Shown here: positions 38,601 through 46,385 of the stretch, one piece after another
Layout: each line of letters opens with the position of its first letter
How positions within the stretch are numbered: the first letter of the stretch is position 1
Source of the DNA: an uncultured delta proteobacterium
GTDB lineage: Bacteria; Desulfobacterota; Binatia; DP-6
Reading direction: 5' to 3'
DNA: 64,000 nucleotides
Assembly (NCBI GenBank): GCA_963815115.1
Contig: CAWFFN010000009.1
Location: 1,152,001 to 1,216,000, forward strand
Made by a program: the position numbers and the translations under genes
The notes under the pieces: generated by a model
Told to the model about the DNA's origin: nothing
The model's database searches: none
What the model saw: only the letters and a program-made list of their open reading frames with translations

Positions 38601-39042
38601 ACGGGAGCACGCCGCAGAAGCTGCACGGCTTGCCGTCCTTCATTTCAGAGAAGCCGCGGCGCCGACGGCTCTTTCACGGGATCCCTACCGATGGGCCTGC
38701 AGGCACTGCGACCTCGCTAGCGCACTGGTACTGATGGGCGACTTTGGGCGAGATCAGGCGGCCTTGCACCAGGCCATCCAGCTCGCGGACCACCTCCTTT
38801 CCCAATTCAACCGACAACAGGAAAACGTGGCGTTTGTCGTAGGAGCCACCCTGGACAACCTCGGCCACGCACAGTTCCGACTCGGGACCATGACCGGAGA
38901 TGCCGCGCTTGTCCGCAAAGGCGTTGCCACTCTTCGCGAAGGCGTCGCACATCTCCGAGCGCACGGCTTCGAGAGCGCAGCCGATTCGACAAACAGGCTC
39001 GTGCGATCCGCCGAGACTGCATTGGATGAAATGGAAGCATAG
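35674..39042 (+). CDS. TIR domain + STAND-type P-loop NTPase + TPR-like repeats
   Basis: TIR DVFISYS...SRHTPREV; Walker A GEAGMGKT; Walker B LIVVDYA; RLLLIER; RPLYL; ALNNL/ANNL/LDNL helical repeats. Confidence 0.8.
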   Translation: MKEIPSSGDVFISYSSANQAQVDQITAALRSEGLTYWLAPESIAAGDIWPQEIVAGIRGSRLALLVVSDEFCASRHTPREVTLADNYQLPLLPIRLSSTNLPQWLQYYLCNCHWVDASGCDLQQCLPALANAARSYVRTLRATRRTTPPIPDGCVSAESLGVRPRGPLLRLVTGDLPAALVSSDSPSVLLMPHNEFIPLLGRETEVHDFTVRLKDAGSFRWWALLGEAGMGKTRLAREFIGHAIKMHWHAGFLGIEDLHSFVSHPEFQAWRPYVPTLIVVDYAAGHALNLKRLTSHLTALESEHIDGVDAKVRLLLIERHGSTEAGWLRDLLQSPQGVERELFSRTCHLDDLELRPPSLDGRSVADAPETSREIILATFKSWARRYGRPAPDLPDLSSRDWLMIQSNTLNRPLYLQMAAISACEAMSAEDLPTWGRGKCLRDAINRERTYIGQACRNAEERDAIERIAGILCVTGMGASGRADWMREVADELAALGVGVTAYSEETRRRTIFRKPEATSEEATSLIQPDILGEGFAATVLPTESDNPPVGALRRAVAIGGLSAWGNLIRMVQDLHGIEVSDESGSRRLLFKGIEDWLLPLLEYAPPEHLRRILALLPERSASLNPVGIRAAELLLGNIDSDSRWERAECLLALGMHRVWGGKGNARSTKAAEGELREATTLLASAQVSGETAESHLQGARAHRLLGMVLSDQNDTTGAIRESTLAGFRALGEIVEPARMEADVRRLLDAQPPDLPALAVEFANALNNLSIDLRFSGRYGLAIRCARAAVSTGEILVAAGHRGYLPYLGRYANNLAIAHELRREPTDALEAARQAVQLALNETRPDQFRSLGLCLDHLFTLEKAERTWSAAHLTASRAVRVYKELFQRAPEQYSASLIRAQRRLAQAQRNASVDGLGQDLDAETDALLEAELHSGRISVAEAAASWRQPAFPREVSDPHALGVIEHGKAMEFGDAGEREHAAEAARLAVLHFREAAAPTALSRDPYRWACRHCDLASALVLMGDFGRDQAALHQAIQLADHLLSQFNRQQENVAFVVGATLDNLGHAQFRLGTMTGDAALVRKGVATLREGVAHLRAHGFESAADSTNRLVRSAETALDEMEA

Positions 39043-39140
39043 GCATTTCGCCGCTGTCGCGACCTGGACTCGCGCTCTCTGGGCTGTCATCCTCGGGCGG
39101 CGCTGGACAACGACGGCGAAACGTCGCAGCGTGTCGTCCG

Positions 39141-39752
39141 ATGCGAGCGGCGTTGCCGGGTCTCGTGGTGGTCGTGTGCGTGCTCGGAGCGACGGCGTGC
39201 GGGCTCATGGGCGGCACGTCGACGTGCCCCGGGCCGCGGCAGTTCTACCTCACCAAGTCGCCGGTCCAGGGCAATCAGGTGCTCACCTCCTGCGCCGCCG
39301 GGTTCCACATGGCATCGCGCTTCGAGATCGCGAACCTCTCCGGCGTCGTCTACGACTCGAAGCGCGGCGCCAGCAGCGCCGACTCGGGATCCGGACCGCC
39401 GAGCGCGGCGGCAACCTACTCGTCGTCCGGGCCCTCGGGGTGGATCCGCACCGGGGGCGATGCCCGCTACACCCGGCCCGCGGACGCGGCCGGGTCGGGA
39501 TCGGCCAACTGCGCGGTGTGGACGAGCAGCAGCCACGACGCCTACGGAACGGTGGCGACCCTGAAGGACCGGTTCGCGACCGACGCCGGCGCGCCCGCCC
39601 TGTGGGACGGCCGCGACGAGCCCTGCGACGTACCGCATCCGGTGTGGTGCGTCGGCGACTTCCCCGCCACCGCAAGCGAGCCGGAGCGGCGTCAGGGATG
39701 GGGTCACCGCCGCCACGGAGAAAGTGCCGGGCTCGTGCCCGGCGGCGGGTGA
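39141..39752 (+). CDS. Cys-containing lipoprotein, possibly C-type-lectin-like fold
   Basis: ATAC lipobox; CAAGFHMAS..EI, GWIRTG, NC.VWTS, CD....VWCV. Confidence 0.55.
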   Translation: MRAALPGLVVVVCVLGATACGLMGGTSTCPGPRQFYLTKSPVQGNQVLTSCAAGFHMASRFEIANLSGVVYDSKRGASSADSGSGPPSAAATYSSSGPSGWIRTGGDARYTRPADAAGSGSANCAVWTSSSHDAYGTVATLKDRFATDAGAPALWDGRDEPCDVPHPVWCVGDFPATASEPERRQGWGHRRHGESAGLVPGGG

Positions 39753-39811
39753 GCCGTGGCCCCCCGGCGCCAGAATTCCCGCCGCCCGTCGTGCGTCTAA
39801 CCGTGAACCCG

Positions 39812-41029
39812 ATGCTCGACGACGCCTCCCGCTCCCTCCTGCTGTGCGCGCTGCTCGCGATGGTCGGACCGCCCCCCGCCACCGCGGCCGATCCGGCCGC
39901 CGCGGTGGCGAGCGACGGGAACGCCTTCGCATTCGATCTCTACGCCCGGCTCCGCTCCGCGCAGCCCGGCAACCTCTTCTTCTCGCCGCAGAGCATCTCG
40001 ACCGCGCTTGCCATGACGTACGACGGGGCACGCGGCGACACGGCCACCGAGATGGCGCGCACGCTGCACTTCTCCCTGCCCCAGGACCAGCTTCCGGCGG
40101 CGTACGCGGCGCTCCTTGCCAAGCTGCAGGGGCCCGGCGGCGAACGCCCCTACCGCCTGTCCGTGGCCAACCGGCTCTGGGGACAGCGCGGGACCACGTT
40201 CCTGGAGCCCTTCCTGACGACGACCCGGAAGTACTACGGCGCCGAGCTCGGCCTGGTCGACTTCATGAAGGACGCGGAGTCGGCGCGCGCCGAGATCAAC
40301 GGCTGGGTGCGCAAGCAGACCGCCGACAAGATCGGCGACCTGATCCCGCCCGGTGTGCTGGGTCCCGCCACGCGCCTGGTCCTCGCGAACGCGATCTACT
40401 TCCAGGGCACCTGGGCGCGGCAGTTCGCCAAGAGCGCCACGCACGACCAGCCGTTCCACGCCGCCGCCGACCGGACGGTGACCGTGCCGCTGATGTTCGG
40501 GAAGGTCCGGGCGGGCTACGCCGCCCACGCCGACGCCGGGCTGAAGGTGCTCGAGCTGCCCTACCGGGGCGACGACCTGACGATGCTGATCCTCCTGCCC
40601 GATGCGCCCGACGGGCTGCCGGCGCTCGAGGGCCGGCTCACGGCCGAGGCCGTCGGCGGATGGACCGGCGGCCTCGCCCGGAAGGACGTCCTGGTCTATC
40701 TGCCGCGCTTCTCCGTCGAATCGCGCTTCGCGCTCGCGCCGACCCTCGGCGCCATGGGCATGCCGCTCGCGTTCTCCGACACCGCGGATTTCTCGGGGAT
40801 GAACGGCCAGCGCGACCTGTCCGTCTCGGCGGTGGTGCACAAGGCCCGGGTCGACGTCGACGAGGAGGGCACCGTGGCGGCCGCCGCCACCGGCACGGTC
40901 ATGGCGCTGACCGCGGCTCGCGAGGAGCCACCGGTGTTTCGCGCCGACCACCCCTTCGTCTTCCTCATCCGGCACAACCCGACCGGCGCGATCCTCTTCC
41001 TCGGTCGCGTGGTCGATCCGAAGAGCTGA
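39812..41029 (+). CDS. secreted serpin
   Basis: NLFFSPQSI, LVLANAIYFQG.W, hinge EEGTVAAAAT, FRADHPF.FLI, ILFLGRV.DP. Confidence 0.95.
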   Translation: MLDDASRSLLLCALLAMVGPPPATAADPAAAVASDGNAFAFDLYARLRSAQPGNLFFSPQSISTALAMTYDGARGDTATEMARTLHFSLPQDQLPAAYAALLAKLQGPGGERPYRLSVANRLWGQRGTTFLEPFLTTTRKYYGAELGLVDFMKDAESARAEINGWVRKQTADKIGDLIPPGVLGPATRLVLANAIYFQGTWARQFAKSATHDQPFHAAADRTVTVPLMFGKVRAGYAAHADAGLKVLELPYRGDDLTMLILLPDAPDGLPALEGRLTAEAVGGWTGGLARKDVLVYLPRFSVESRFALAPTLGAMGMPLAFSDTADFSGMNGQRDLSVSAVVHKARVDVDEEGTVAAAATGTVMALTAAREEPPVFRADHPFVFLIRHNPTGAILFLGRVVDPKS

Positions 41030-41091
41030 CCGCCACCGGAGATCCACCCGAGCTCGAGAAGGAGCCCGGGCCGATCCGCGCATGGGAGCAG

Positions 41092-41111
41092 TGGCGCGGA
41101 ATGGCAAGACG
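41092..41111 (+). promoter_or_regulatory. 20-bp motif site 3 (TGGCG-CGGA-ATGGCAAGACG)
   Basis: Intergenic, heads the co-directional run 41159-53223; TGCAAT 15 nt downstream. Confidence 0.7.
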
Positions 41112-41158
41112 AGCCGGCGCTTGAGATGCAATACCGAGGCAGCGTAGAGGGAGCGACC

Positions 41159-41602
41159 ATGCACTCCGGCACGCGTGCACTCATCCTGTTGGCCATCCTC
41201 GGGCTGCCGATTGCGCTTCGGGCGCAGACCTTCACGGGCGGCACCAAGCCCTATGTTCTCCAGGGTAAGCTCGCGAAGGATCAGAGCGCAGCCCAGCAAT
41301 CTGGTTGGTTCCCGGTCTCGATCGGCATCGCGGACCATCCCGACACGCCGGTGCGATGGGTTGGCCTCTCGTCGTTCATGCCGTGGGACGACGACCCCTT
41401 CGAGGGTCGCGAGGTGATGCGCAGGCTGCTGCCCGACCAGCCGACGCTGCTGGTGAGCGGGCCGCCGGGGCTCCTGTCGCAGCTCAAGAACGCTCCCGTC
41501 GGCAACAAGGTGGTCCTGCGGGGCATGCTCGTCCCCGAGTCGCGAAACTTCATGCTCTCCGGCGTGCAGGTCATGCCGGCGGGCACGAAGATGCCGAAGT
41601 GA
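41159..41602 (+). CDS. secreted hypothetical protein (tandem paralog 1)
   Basis: Signal peptide; GW..VS.G, VRW.G, PT.LV.GPP, G...P.SRN shared with the next gene. Confidence 0.7.
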   Translation: MHSGTRALILLAILGLPIALRAQTFTGGTKPYVLQGKLAKDQSAAQQSGWFPVSIGIADHPDTPVRWVGLSSFMPWDDDPFEGREVMRRLLPDQPTLLVSGPPGLLSQLKNAPVGNKVVLRGMLVPESRNFMLSGVQVMPAGTKMPK

Positions 41603-41613
41603 GAGGCGGGATC

Positions 41614-42069
41614 ATGCGCACACCCATCCACGTTGCCCGCCTCGCGTTCCTCGCCTTCCTCCTCCTGCTCCCGCTCACGCCCCGCGCCCAGGAGGTCCTC
41701 GACCAGGGCTCGCTGGTCTGGGGCATGAAGGGCACGCTCGTCGCGAACAAGCAGGCGGCGAACGACACCGGCTGGACGGGCGTCTCGCTCGGCTTCACGG
41801 GCCAGAACGACAACAAGGTTCGCTGGATGGGCGCCGTGCACGCGAGCATCTTCGGCGGCGACACCTTCGACGCCTGGTCGTACGTCAACAAGGTGTCGCA
41901 CTACGAACCCACCTTCCTGGTGGTCGGGCCTCCCGATCTCGCCAAGAAGCTGATGGCGCTACCGGATGGCAGCCGCGTCGCCCTGGAAGGCGTGCTCGAC
42001 CCCCGCTCTCGCAACCTCCTGCTCGATGCCGTCAAGCCGCTGCCGGCGCCGGCCGCCGCTGGCGGCTAG
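41614..42069 (+). CDS. secreted hypothetical protein (tandem paralog 2)
   Basis: Signal peptide; same motifs as the preceding gene. Confidence 0.7.
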   Translation: MRTPIHVARLAFLAFLLLLPLTPRAQEVLDQGSLVWGMKGTLVANKQAANDTGWTGVSLGFTGQNDNKVRWMGAVHASIFGGDTFDAWSYVNKVSHYEPTFLVVGPPDLAKKLMALPDGSRVALEGVLDPRSRNLLLDAVKPLPAPAAAGG

Positions 42070-42120
42070 AGACACCGGCGAGGCCTGGCTGCGGCCGGTC
42101 CTCGCGTCGTCGGGCGTCTG

Positions 42121-42849
42121 ATGGGGAGCGAGCCCGGCATGCCGGCAGAGGCGAATCCGAACGAGACCCTCACCGGCGGGGCAAGTCCAGCCCGCCCGGG
42201 CACCACGGAACCGCGGTCGCCCCGCTTCGGTGTCCTCCTGGTCGCGATGCTGGCGGAGCTGACGGTCGGACCGTTCATCATCATGGCCACCGGCACGCTG
42301 CTGATCGCCAGGCTCCTCGGGATGATCGTCCTGGTGGCGGCATTGTTGGTCGTCGGAGCGCATGGCACGGCCGTCTTCCTGTTCGTCGGCGCCCTGATCT
42401 TCCATCTCGCCTCGATGGCGTCCGACGCATCCGTCGTCGCCGCCCTTGCGGAGGCGTTCCGGTTCGTGTTCCTCACCTACGTCCTGGCGCTGATCCTGAG
42501 GCGCGTGCTGCGCGACCGGAGGGTCACGCTGGACACGGTGGCGGGCGCGGCGTGCGCGTATTTTCTTCTCGGCGTGATCTGGGGGGAACTCTTCCTGCTG
42601 GTCGAGCGCTGGCGCCCCGGCTCCTTCGCGGTCCCGAGCACGTGGATGGTCGGCAGCGCGCGCGACCTGCGCTCGTCGCTCACCTACTTCAGCTTCGCCA
42701 CCCTCACCACGGTCGGCTACGGCGACATCCATCCCACCGACCCGGCGGCGGGAAGCCTGTGCACCGCCGAGGCGCTGATCGGCCAGCTCTACCTGGCGAT
42801 CATGATCGCGCGCATGGTCGGCCTGCACACCTCGCAGCGCAGCGGCTGA
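42121..42849 (+). CDS. potassium channel family protein (Ion_trans_2)
   Basis: YFSFATLTTVGYGDI selectivity filter; GQLYLA. Confidence 0.9.
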   Translation: MGSEPGMPAEANPNETLTGGASPARPGTTEPRSPRFGVLLVAMLAELTVGPFIIMATGTLLIARLLGMIVLVAALLVVGAHGTAVFLFVGALIFHLASMASDASVVAALAEAFRFVFLTYVLALILRRVLRDRRVTLDTVAGAACAYFLLGVIWGELFLLVERWRPGSFAVPSTWMVGSARDLRSSLTYFSFATLTTVGYGDIHPTDPAAGSLCTAEALIGQLYLAIMIARMVGLHTSQRSG

Positions 42850-42860
42850 CGAGCTGTACC

Positions 42861-43514
42861 GTGCATAACCGGCCACTACGCGACCCGTCGCTCATCGCGT
42901 GCCCCGATTGCGACCTCCTGCAGCGCCTCCCCGAGCTCGCGCCGGGGGCATCCGCCCGCTGCCCCCGGTGTGACCGGGAGCTGTGGCGCCGGCGCGAGGA
43001 CTCCCTCGACCGGACGCTCGCGCTGACGCTCGCGGCTGCCGTGCTCTACGTCATGGCGAACGCCGTTCCGATGCTCGGGCTCTCGGCCGTGGGGCGCCAG
43101 GCCTCCACCACGGTGCTTGGCGGCGTCCAGCAGCTCTGGACCGACGGGCAGCAGGTCGTCGCCGTGCTCGTGCTGTTCGCGGCCGTCGTTGCGCCGGCGC
43201 TCCAGATCGGATTCCTGCTCATGATCGTGCTCGGGGTGCAGCGTGTCCACCCGCCGAGATGGGTCGGGACACTGCTGCGTCACCATCCGACCACGCGCAT
43301 CTGGAGCATGATCGAGGTCATGCTGCTCGGCGTTCTCGTCGCGCTGATCAAGATCGCGGACTACGCGACGGTGGTCCCGGGCGTCGCGCTCTTCGCGCTC
43401 GGGGGGCTCGTCTTCCTCCTGGCCGCGATGCAGGCGAGCTTCGATCCGCGTGAGGTGTGGAACCGGGTCGAGTGGGCAGCGGGCGGGGACCGGAAAGCCG
43501 AGGTGACGCCATGA
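42861..43514 (+). CDS. pqiA: paraquat-inducible protein A, first half-size subunit
   Basis: CPDCD, CPRC, WSMIEV.LLG. Confidence 0.9.
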   Translation: MHNRPLRDPSLIACPDCDLLQRLPELAPGASARCPRCDRELWRRREDSLDRTLALTLAAAVLYVMANAVPMLGLSAVGRQASTTVLGGVQQLWTDGQQVVAVLVLFAAVVAPALQIGFLLMIVLGVQRVHPPRWVGTLLRHHPTTRIWSMIEVMLLGVLVALIKIADYATVVPGVALFALGGLVFLLAAMQASFDPREVWNRVEWAAGGDRKAEVTP

Positions 43515-44152
43515 GCACGAGCGCGCTCACCGCGATGCAGCAGGGCCTGCAGAGCTGCGAGACCTGTCGTCTGGTCTCGCGTCCTGCACCCGGTGAGGAC
43601 GAAGGGCGCTGCCCGCGCTGCGACGAGGCGCTCGACTTTCGCAAGCCGGGCAGCCTCCAGCGGACGACGGCCTACGTGCTGGCCGCGGCGATCTGCTACA
43701 TCCCGGCCAATCTCCTCCCGGTGCTCACGACCACCACGGCGGCAGGGGCCGAGTCCGACACCATCCTGCAGGGCGTCGTGCTCCTCTGGTCGCCGACCGG
43801 CTGGCCACTCTCGCTCATCGTGCTCGTCGCCAGCATCATGATCCCGGTCGGGAAGATCGTCGCGCTCGCCTACCTGCTGCTCACCGTCAGGCGGGGCTCG
43901 ATCGAGAGCAACGAGCAGCGTATCCGGCTTTTCCGGATGGTGCGGTTCATCGGGCGCTGGTCGATGGTCGACGTGTTCGTCGACACCTTCACCGCCGCCC
44001 TCGTCCAGCTCCAGCCGCTCATGTCGGTGGAACCGGCTCCCGGCCTGTTCTTCTTCGCGGCCGTGGTGGTCTTGACGATGCTCGCCGTCGAGTCCTTCGA
44101 CCCGCGTCTGATCTGGGACGTGGCAAGCGCGAGAGAGGTTCAACATGCCTGA
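43511..44152 (+). CDS. pqiA: paraquat-inducible protein A, second half-size subunit
   Basis: CETC, CPRC, YIPANLLPV, GRWSMVDVFV, FDPRLIWD. Confidence 0.9.
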   Translation: MSTSALTAMQQGLQSCETCRLVSRPAPGEDEGRCPRCDEALDFRKPGSLQRTTAYVLAAAICYIPANLLPVLTTTTAAGAESDTILQGVVLLWSPTGWPLSLIVLVASIMIPVGKIVALAYLLLTVRRGSIESNEQRIRLFRMVRFIGRWSMVDVFVDTFTAALVQLQPLMSVEPAPGLFFFAAVVVLTMLAVESFDPRLIWDVASAREVQHA

Positions 44153-45722
44153 GGGCAACATGGTTCCCGAATCGAGGGCCGTCAGCCGGAAGAAGACGCG
44201 GCTCTCCCTCGTCTGGGTCATCCCCATCGTGGCCGCCATCGCGGGCGCCTGGGTCGCCGTGACGAGAATCCTCGGTGAGGGCCCGAAGATCACCATCGTC
44301 TTCAAGTCGGCGGAGGGACTCGAGGCCGGCAAGACCCAGATCCACTACAACGGGGTCACCGTCGGCACCATCTCGGCCATCCGGCTGTCGGACGATCATC
44401 GGACCGTGATCGCCGCCGCGCAGATGGCGCCCAAGACGGAGGATTTCCTCGTCGACGACACGCAGTTCTGGGTCGTGCGCCCGCGCATCACGGGCGCCAC
44501 CGTGTCGGGGCTCGGGACGCTCATCTCCGGGGCGTACGTCGGCATGGAGATCGGCGCGTCGAAGCGGGGGAAGCGCGAGTTCGTGGCGCTCGCCACGCCG
44601 CCGGTGGTGACGGGCGACGTCCCCGGCCGGTTCTTCGTGCTCAAGACCCCCGACCTGGGATCGCTCGACGTCGGGACGCCGCTCTACTTCCGGCACCTCG
44701 AGGTCGGCCAGCTCGCGGCCTATGCGCTCGCCGACGACGGCAAGTCCCTGAACGTCCGCGTCTTCGTGCGTGCGCCCTACGACCAGTACGTCACGCCGGA
44801 GACCCGTTTCTGGCAGGCGAGCGGCATCGACATGTCGCTGTCCGCCAGCGGCCTCACCGTTCAGACGCAATCGCTGCTCTCCATCCTCGTCGGCGGCATC
44901 GCCTTCGAGACGCCCGCCACCGGCATCGTCGTCGCGGCGGCCGAGCCCGAGACCGAGTTCCGCTTGTTCCGGGATCGCGAGGAGGCGTTCAAGCTGCCTG
45001 CCCGCAACCCGCAGAGCTACCTGCTGGTCTTCAACGAGTCGGTGCGCGGGCTCGAGCCCGGCGCTCCCGTGGAGTTCAAGGGGATACGGATCGGGGAGGT
45101 CACCGAGATGCACGCACAGTTCGACGCCAGCACGTACCAGTTCTCCGTGCCGGTGATCGTCCGGGTGGATCCTACGGCCCTCGGCGTCAAGTTCGTCGGC
45201 GAGAATCCCGAAGCGAATACCGGCGCCATCCACCGACGCATCATCGACGCCCTGGTGGCGCGAGGGGCGCGCGCCCAGCTCCGCTCGGGCAGCCTGCTGA
45301 CCGGAGCGCTGTTCGTGGCGATCGACGTCTTCCCCGATACGCCCCGCGCGTCGGTGGACTGGTCCCAGGATCCGGCGCAGTTCCCCACCGTTCCCGGCGA
45401 GGTCGCGGCGATCGAGGCGAACGTCGTCAGCATCATCAAGAAGATCGATCAGATGCCGATCAAGGGGATCGGCGACGATCTCCGGAAGGCGCTCGCCGGG
45501 GTCGATCAGACGATGGTCAGCGCCCGCGGCACGCTGGGCAATGCCGACCGGACACTCGACACGGCTGACAAGCTCATCGAGCCCAACTCGCTGCTGGGTG
45601 CGGCGCTGGGCGACACCCTCCAGGAGGTGAACCGCGCGGCCCGGAGCCTGCGCGTGCTCGCCGACTATCTCGAGCGCCATCCTGAAGCGCTCCTGCGCGG
45701 CAAGCCCGGGGAGGCGAAGTGA
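44145..45722 (+). CDS. pqiB: PqiB (multi-MCE/MlaD domain protein)
   Basis: AEGLEAGKT, FWVVRPR, SVRGL.PGAPVEF.G, GSLLTG.LFV, LERHPEALLRGK. Confidence 0.9.
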   Translation: MPEGNMVPESRAVSRKKTRLSLVWVIPIVAAIAGAWVAVTRILGEGPKITIVFKSAEGLEAGKTQIHYNGVTVGTISAIRLSDDHRTVIAAAQMAPKTEDFLVDDTQFWVVRPRITGATVSGLGTLISGAYVGMEIGASKRGKREFVALATPPVVTGDVPGRFFVLKTPDLGSLDVGTPLYFRHLEVGQLAAYALADDGKSLNVRVFVRAPYDQYVTPETRFWQASGIDMSLSASGLTVQTQSLLSILVGGIAFETPATGIVVAAAEPETEFRLFRDREEAFKLPARNPQSYLLVFNESVRGLEPGAPVEFKGIRIGEVTEMHAQFDASTYQFSVPVIVRVDPTALGVKFVGENPEANTGAIHRRIIDALVARGARAQLRSGSLLTGALFVAIDVFPDTPRASVDWSQDPAQFPTVPGEVAAIEANVVSIIKKIDQMPIKGIGDDLRKALAGVDQTMVSARGTLGNADRTLDTADKLIEPNSLLGAALGDTLQEVNRAARSLRVLADYLERHPEALLRGKPGEAK

Positions 45723-46318
45723 TGAAGGGCCCCATCGGCGGACACGTGGTCGTGCTCGCGCTCGTCGCGCTGGCCGCGACGGGCTGCGGACGGACGGCGA
45801 TCTCGCGCTTCTACACCCTGGACCCCGTGGCGACGCCCGATGCCGGCCCGCTGGCGAGCTACGCCATCGTCGTGGGGCCGGTGTCCGTCCCCGCGGCCGT
45901 CGACCGGCCGGAGTTCGTGGTCCAGGTGGCGCCGAACCGGGTCGCGCTCGACGAGTTCAACCGCTGGGCCGGCCCGCTGGACGAGAGCATCGCACGCGCC
46001 GTCGCCGGCAACCTCGCGGCGCTGCTCGGGACACCGCGGGTGGCCACGGCCCCGCTGGCGAACTTCGATCCCGCCTTTCGAGTGACGATCGACGTCCAGC
46101 GCTTCGACTCGATCCCCGGGCATGAGGTGCTGGTCGATGCGGTGTGGGTCGTGCGCAAGGCGAAGGGCGGGGACACGCGCTCGGGCCGGACGGTCGCGCG
46201 GGAGGCGGTGGCGGACCAGAGCTTCGACGCGCTCGCCGCCGCGCACAGCCGCGCGCTCGCGACCATGAGCGGCGACATCGCCACGGCGATCCGGGCGGAA
46301 GCGGCCGGGGGGTCGTAG
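45719..46318 (+). CDS. pqiC: PqiC lipoprotein
   Basis: Lipobox ATGC, FYTL, VDRPEFV, RWAGPL, DVQRFD. Confidence 0.85.
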   Translation: MMKGPIGGHVVVLALVALAATGCGRTAISRFYTLDPVATPDAGPLASYAIVVGPVSVPAAVDRPEFVVQVAPNRVALDEFNRWAGPLDESIARAVAGNLAALLGTPRVATAPLANFDPAFRVTIDVQRFDSIPGHEVLVDAVWVVRKAKGGDTRSGRTVAREAVADQSFDALAAAHSRALATMSGDIATAIRAEAAGGS

Positions 46319-46385
46319 CCCCTGTCGGCGGTGCGGAGTGCGAGCGCAGCAGGAGAGTGGACCTGCCTTCAAAGGAGCACAGCGC

